Origin: Malacoraja senta
Taxonomy: Eukaryota
DNA: 64,000 nucleotides
Reading direction: 5' to 3'
NCBI GenBank assembly: GCA_038087875.1
Contig: CM075988.1
Location: 11,224,001-11,288,000 of the forward strand
Translations under genes and position numbers: made by a program
The notes under the pieces: model-generated
What the model was told of the DNA's origin: nothing
Seen by the model: only the letters and a program-made list of their open reading frames with translations
Databases searched by the model: none
Shown here: positions 62,783-64,000 of the stretch, piece by piece
Layout: every line of letters begins with the position of its first letter
Position numbering within the stretch: position 1 is the stretch's first letter

Positions 62783-63579
62783 TATTAACTTACAAGTAAA
62801 TGAAGAACACTTCTTGCAATGTTTTGAAAAGGGTATTTAATTTAAATCTGCCATGTTATATCAACGTCCTGCAAACAGCATCTGCTAGTTTCACTTTTCA
62901 ACGGGAAATTAGTCACTGAATTTCCTTTCATTGATCACAGTCTTTTCTTTTTAGCAGATGTTGCATTTGGCAAGAACTAGTCCATCGAGTAATCCATACT
63001 GGACAGGAGCATTCATAGGGCAGGAGCCAGATCATCGTGGGAGGAGGGTAGCTTCAGTGCAATAAGCCTCCCGCCACCGTCCCTTCCAAGGAAACTTTTG
63101 CTGTGGACTTTGTGGGCCGAAGGGCCTGTTTCCACACTGTATCTCTACAGTAAACTATTGCGGTTGCCATGGAAAGAAGTTAAAGCAATCTACAGCAAGG
63201 AAACAGCCATTTGGCTCAATTCACTCATGTCAACTCAGTGGGCACCCTTCTTTATTCATCACCAAGACTTGGGCCTTTTTTCCTGGCCAATTCAAGTTCT
63301 CATCTAGACAATGCTGTCAGTAACCCAGCTTCAACCCTTCTCTCCATCAATGCGCTATGGTGCTTCTGTGAAGAAAGTGCTTTTCATATCCCCAATAAAT
63401 CTTTTCACCCTTCCCCCAAATCTTTCTTGGTCAGCATTGATGAGTTGGGCCAAATGGACTGTTTCCATGCTGCACATCTCTATGACTTCTAATTACCTCT
63501 AATTAATTAGAGTTACCTCTAATGTTTCTATGTCTGATGTAGGGAAACATTTCCTGCAGTCAACCTTAACTATACCCAA

Positions 63580-63872
63580 TCGTAGAGTTGCTCCCTTAGA
63601 GCACCAGAGACCCGGGTTTGATCCTGATGACAGGTGTTGTCTGGACAAGTTTGTACTTCCGCTCTGTGACCACATGGATTTTCTCCAGGTGCTCTGGTTT
63701 CCCCCCACACTCCGAAGACGTACAGGTCTGTAGGTTAATTGGCTTCTGTAAATTGTCCCTTGTGTGTAGGATAGTGTTCGTGTTAGTGTACAGAAATTGT
63801 TGGTCTGTGCAGAATCGGTTGGATGAAGGGCCTGTTTCCACGTTGTATCTCTAAAGTAAACTAAAGTAAACA
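63580..63872 (+). mobile_element. HE1-like SINE
   Basis: GTAGAGTTGCT...CCAGAGACCCGGGTTTGATCC head; GTATCTCTAAAGTAAACTAAAG tail. Confidence 0.85.
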
Positions 63873-64000
63873 CTGTACATAAGACTCTTTAAGTCTTATG
63901 GTTCTATCTATGCTGCAAAAACACTGCAGCGGCAAATTCTGCACCGATGTCCAGACAAGAACCTTCTCTCCAGAGATGCTCCCTGTCCTTCTGAGTTACT

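Noticed and set aside
62941..63064. Strong splice acceptor (TCTTTTCTTTTTAGCAG) with a short open frame
   Set aside because: No good donor and an unrecognisable peptide; a non-coding or UTR exon cannot be excluded.

Overview
Repeat-rich eukaryotic non-coding DNA. The repeat complement (HE1-like tRNA SINEs sharing a 3' end with a HER1/CR1 LINE, abundant CR1 tails) points to a cartilaginous fish, probably a skate or ray; this is an inference. I recognise no host protein-coding exon, and nearly all listed ORFs are repeat-derived or chance. The window is a mosaic of CR1, L2 and Penelope-like remnants, SINEs, two non-autonomous Helitron copies, a TA-flanked DNA transposon and an internally deleted DIRS1-type retrotransposon with intact ITR/ICR ends (26806-30180). 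Top observations: (1) a ~135-bp TSD-flanked retroposon at 52924-53059 (-) whose 5' end folds as an HDV-like ribozyme; (2) a GC-rich composite retroposon family that keeps one hairpin core but carries different LINE-type 3' tails; (3) many minimal hammerhead motifs in Penelope-type repeats, often as fold-back pairs; (4) a promoter-like cassette inside the Helitrons; (5) a 36/72-bp array and a candidate micro-intron in the DIRS; (6) an old local inverted duplication. All family names come from reading motifs by eye, not from database searches, and boundaries of degraded repeats are approximate.
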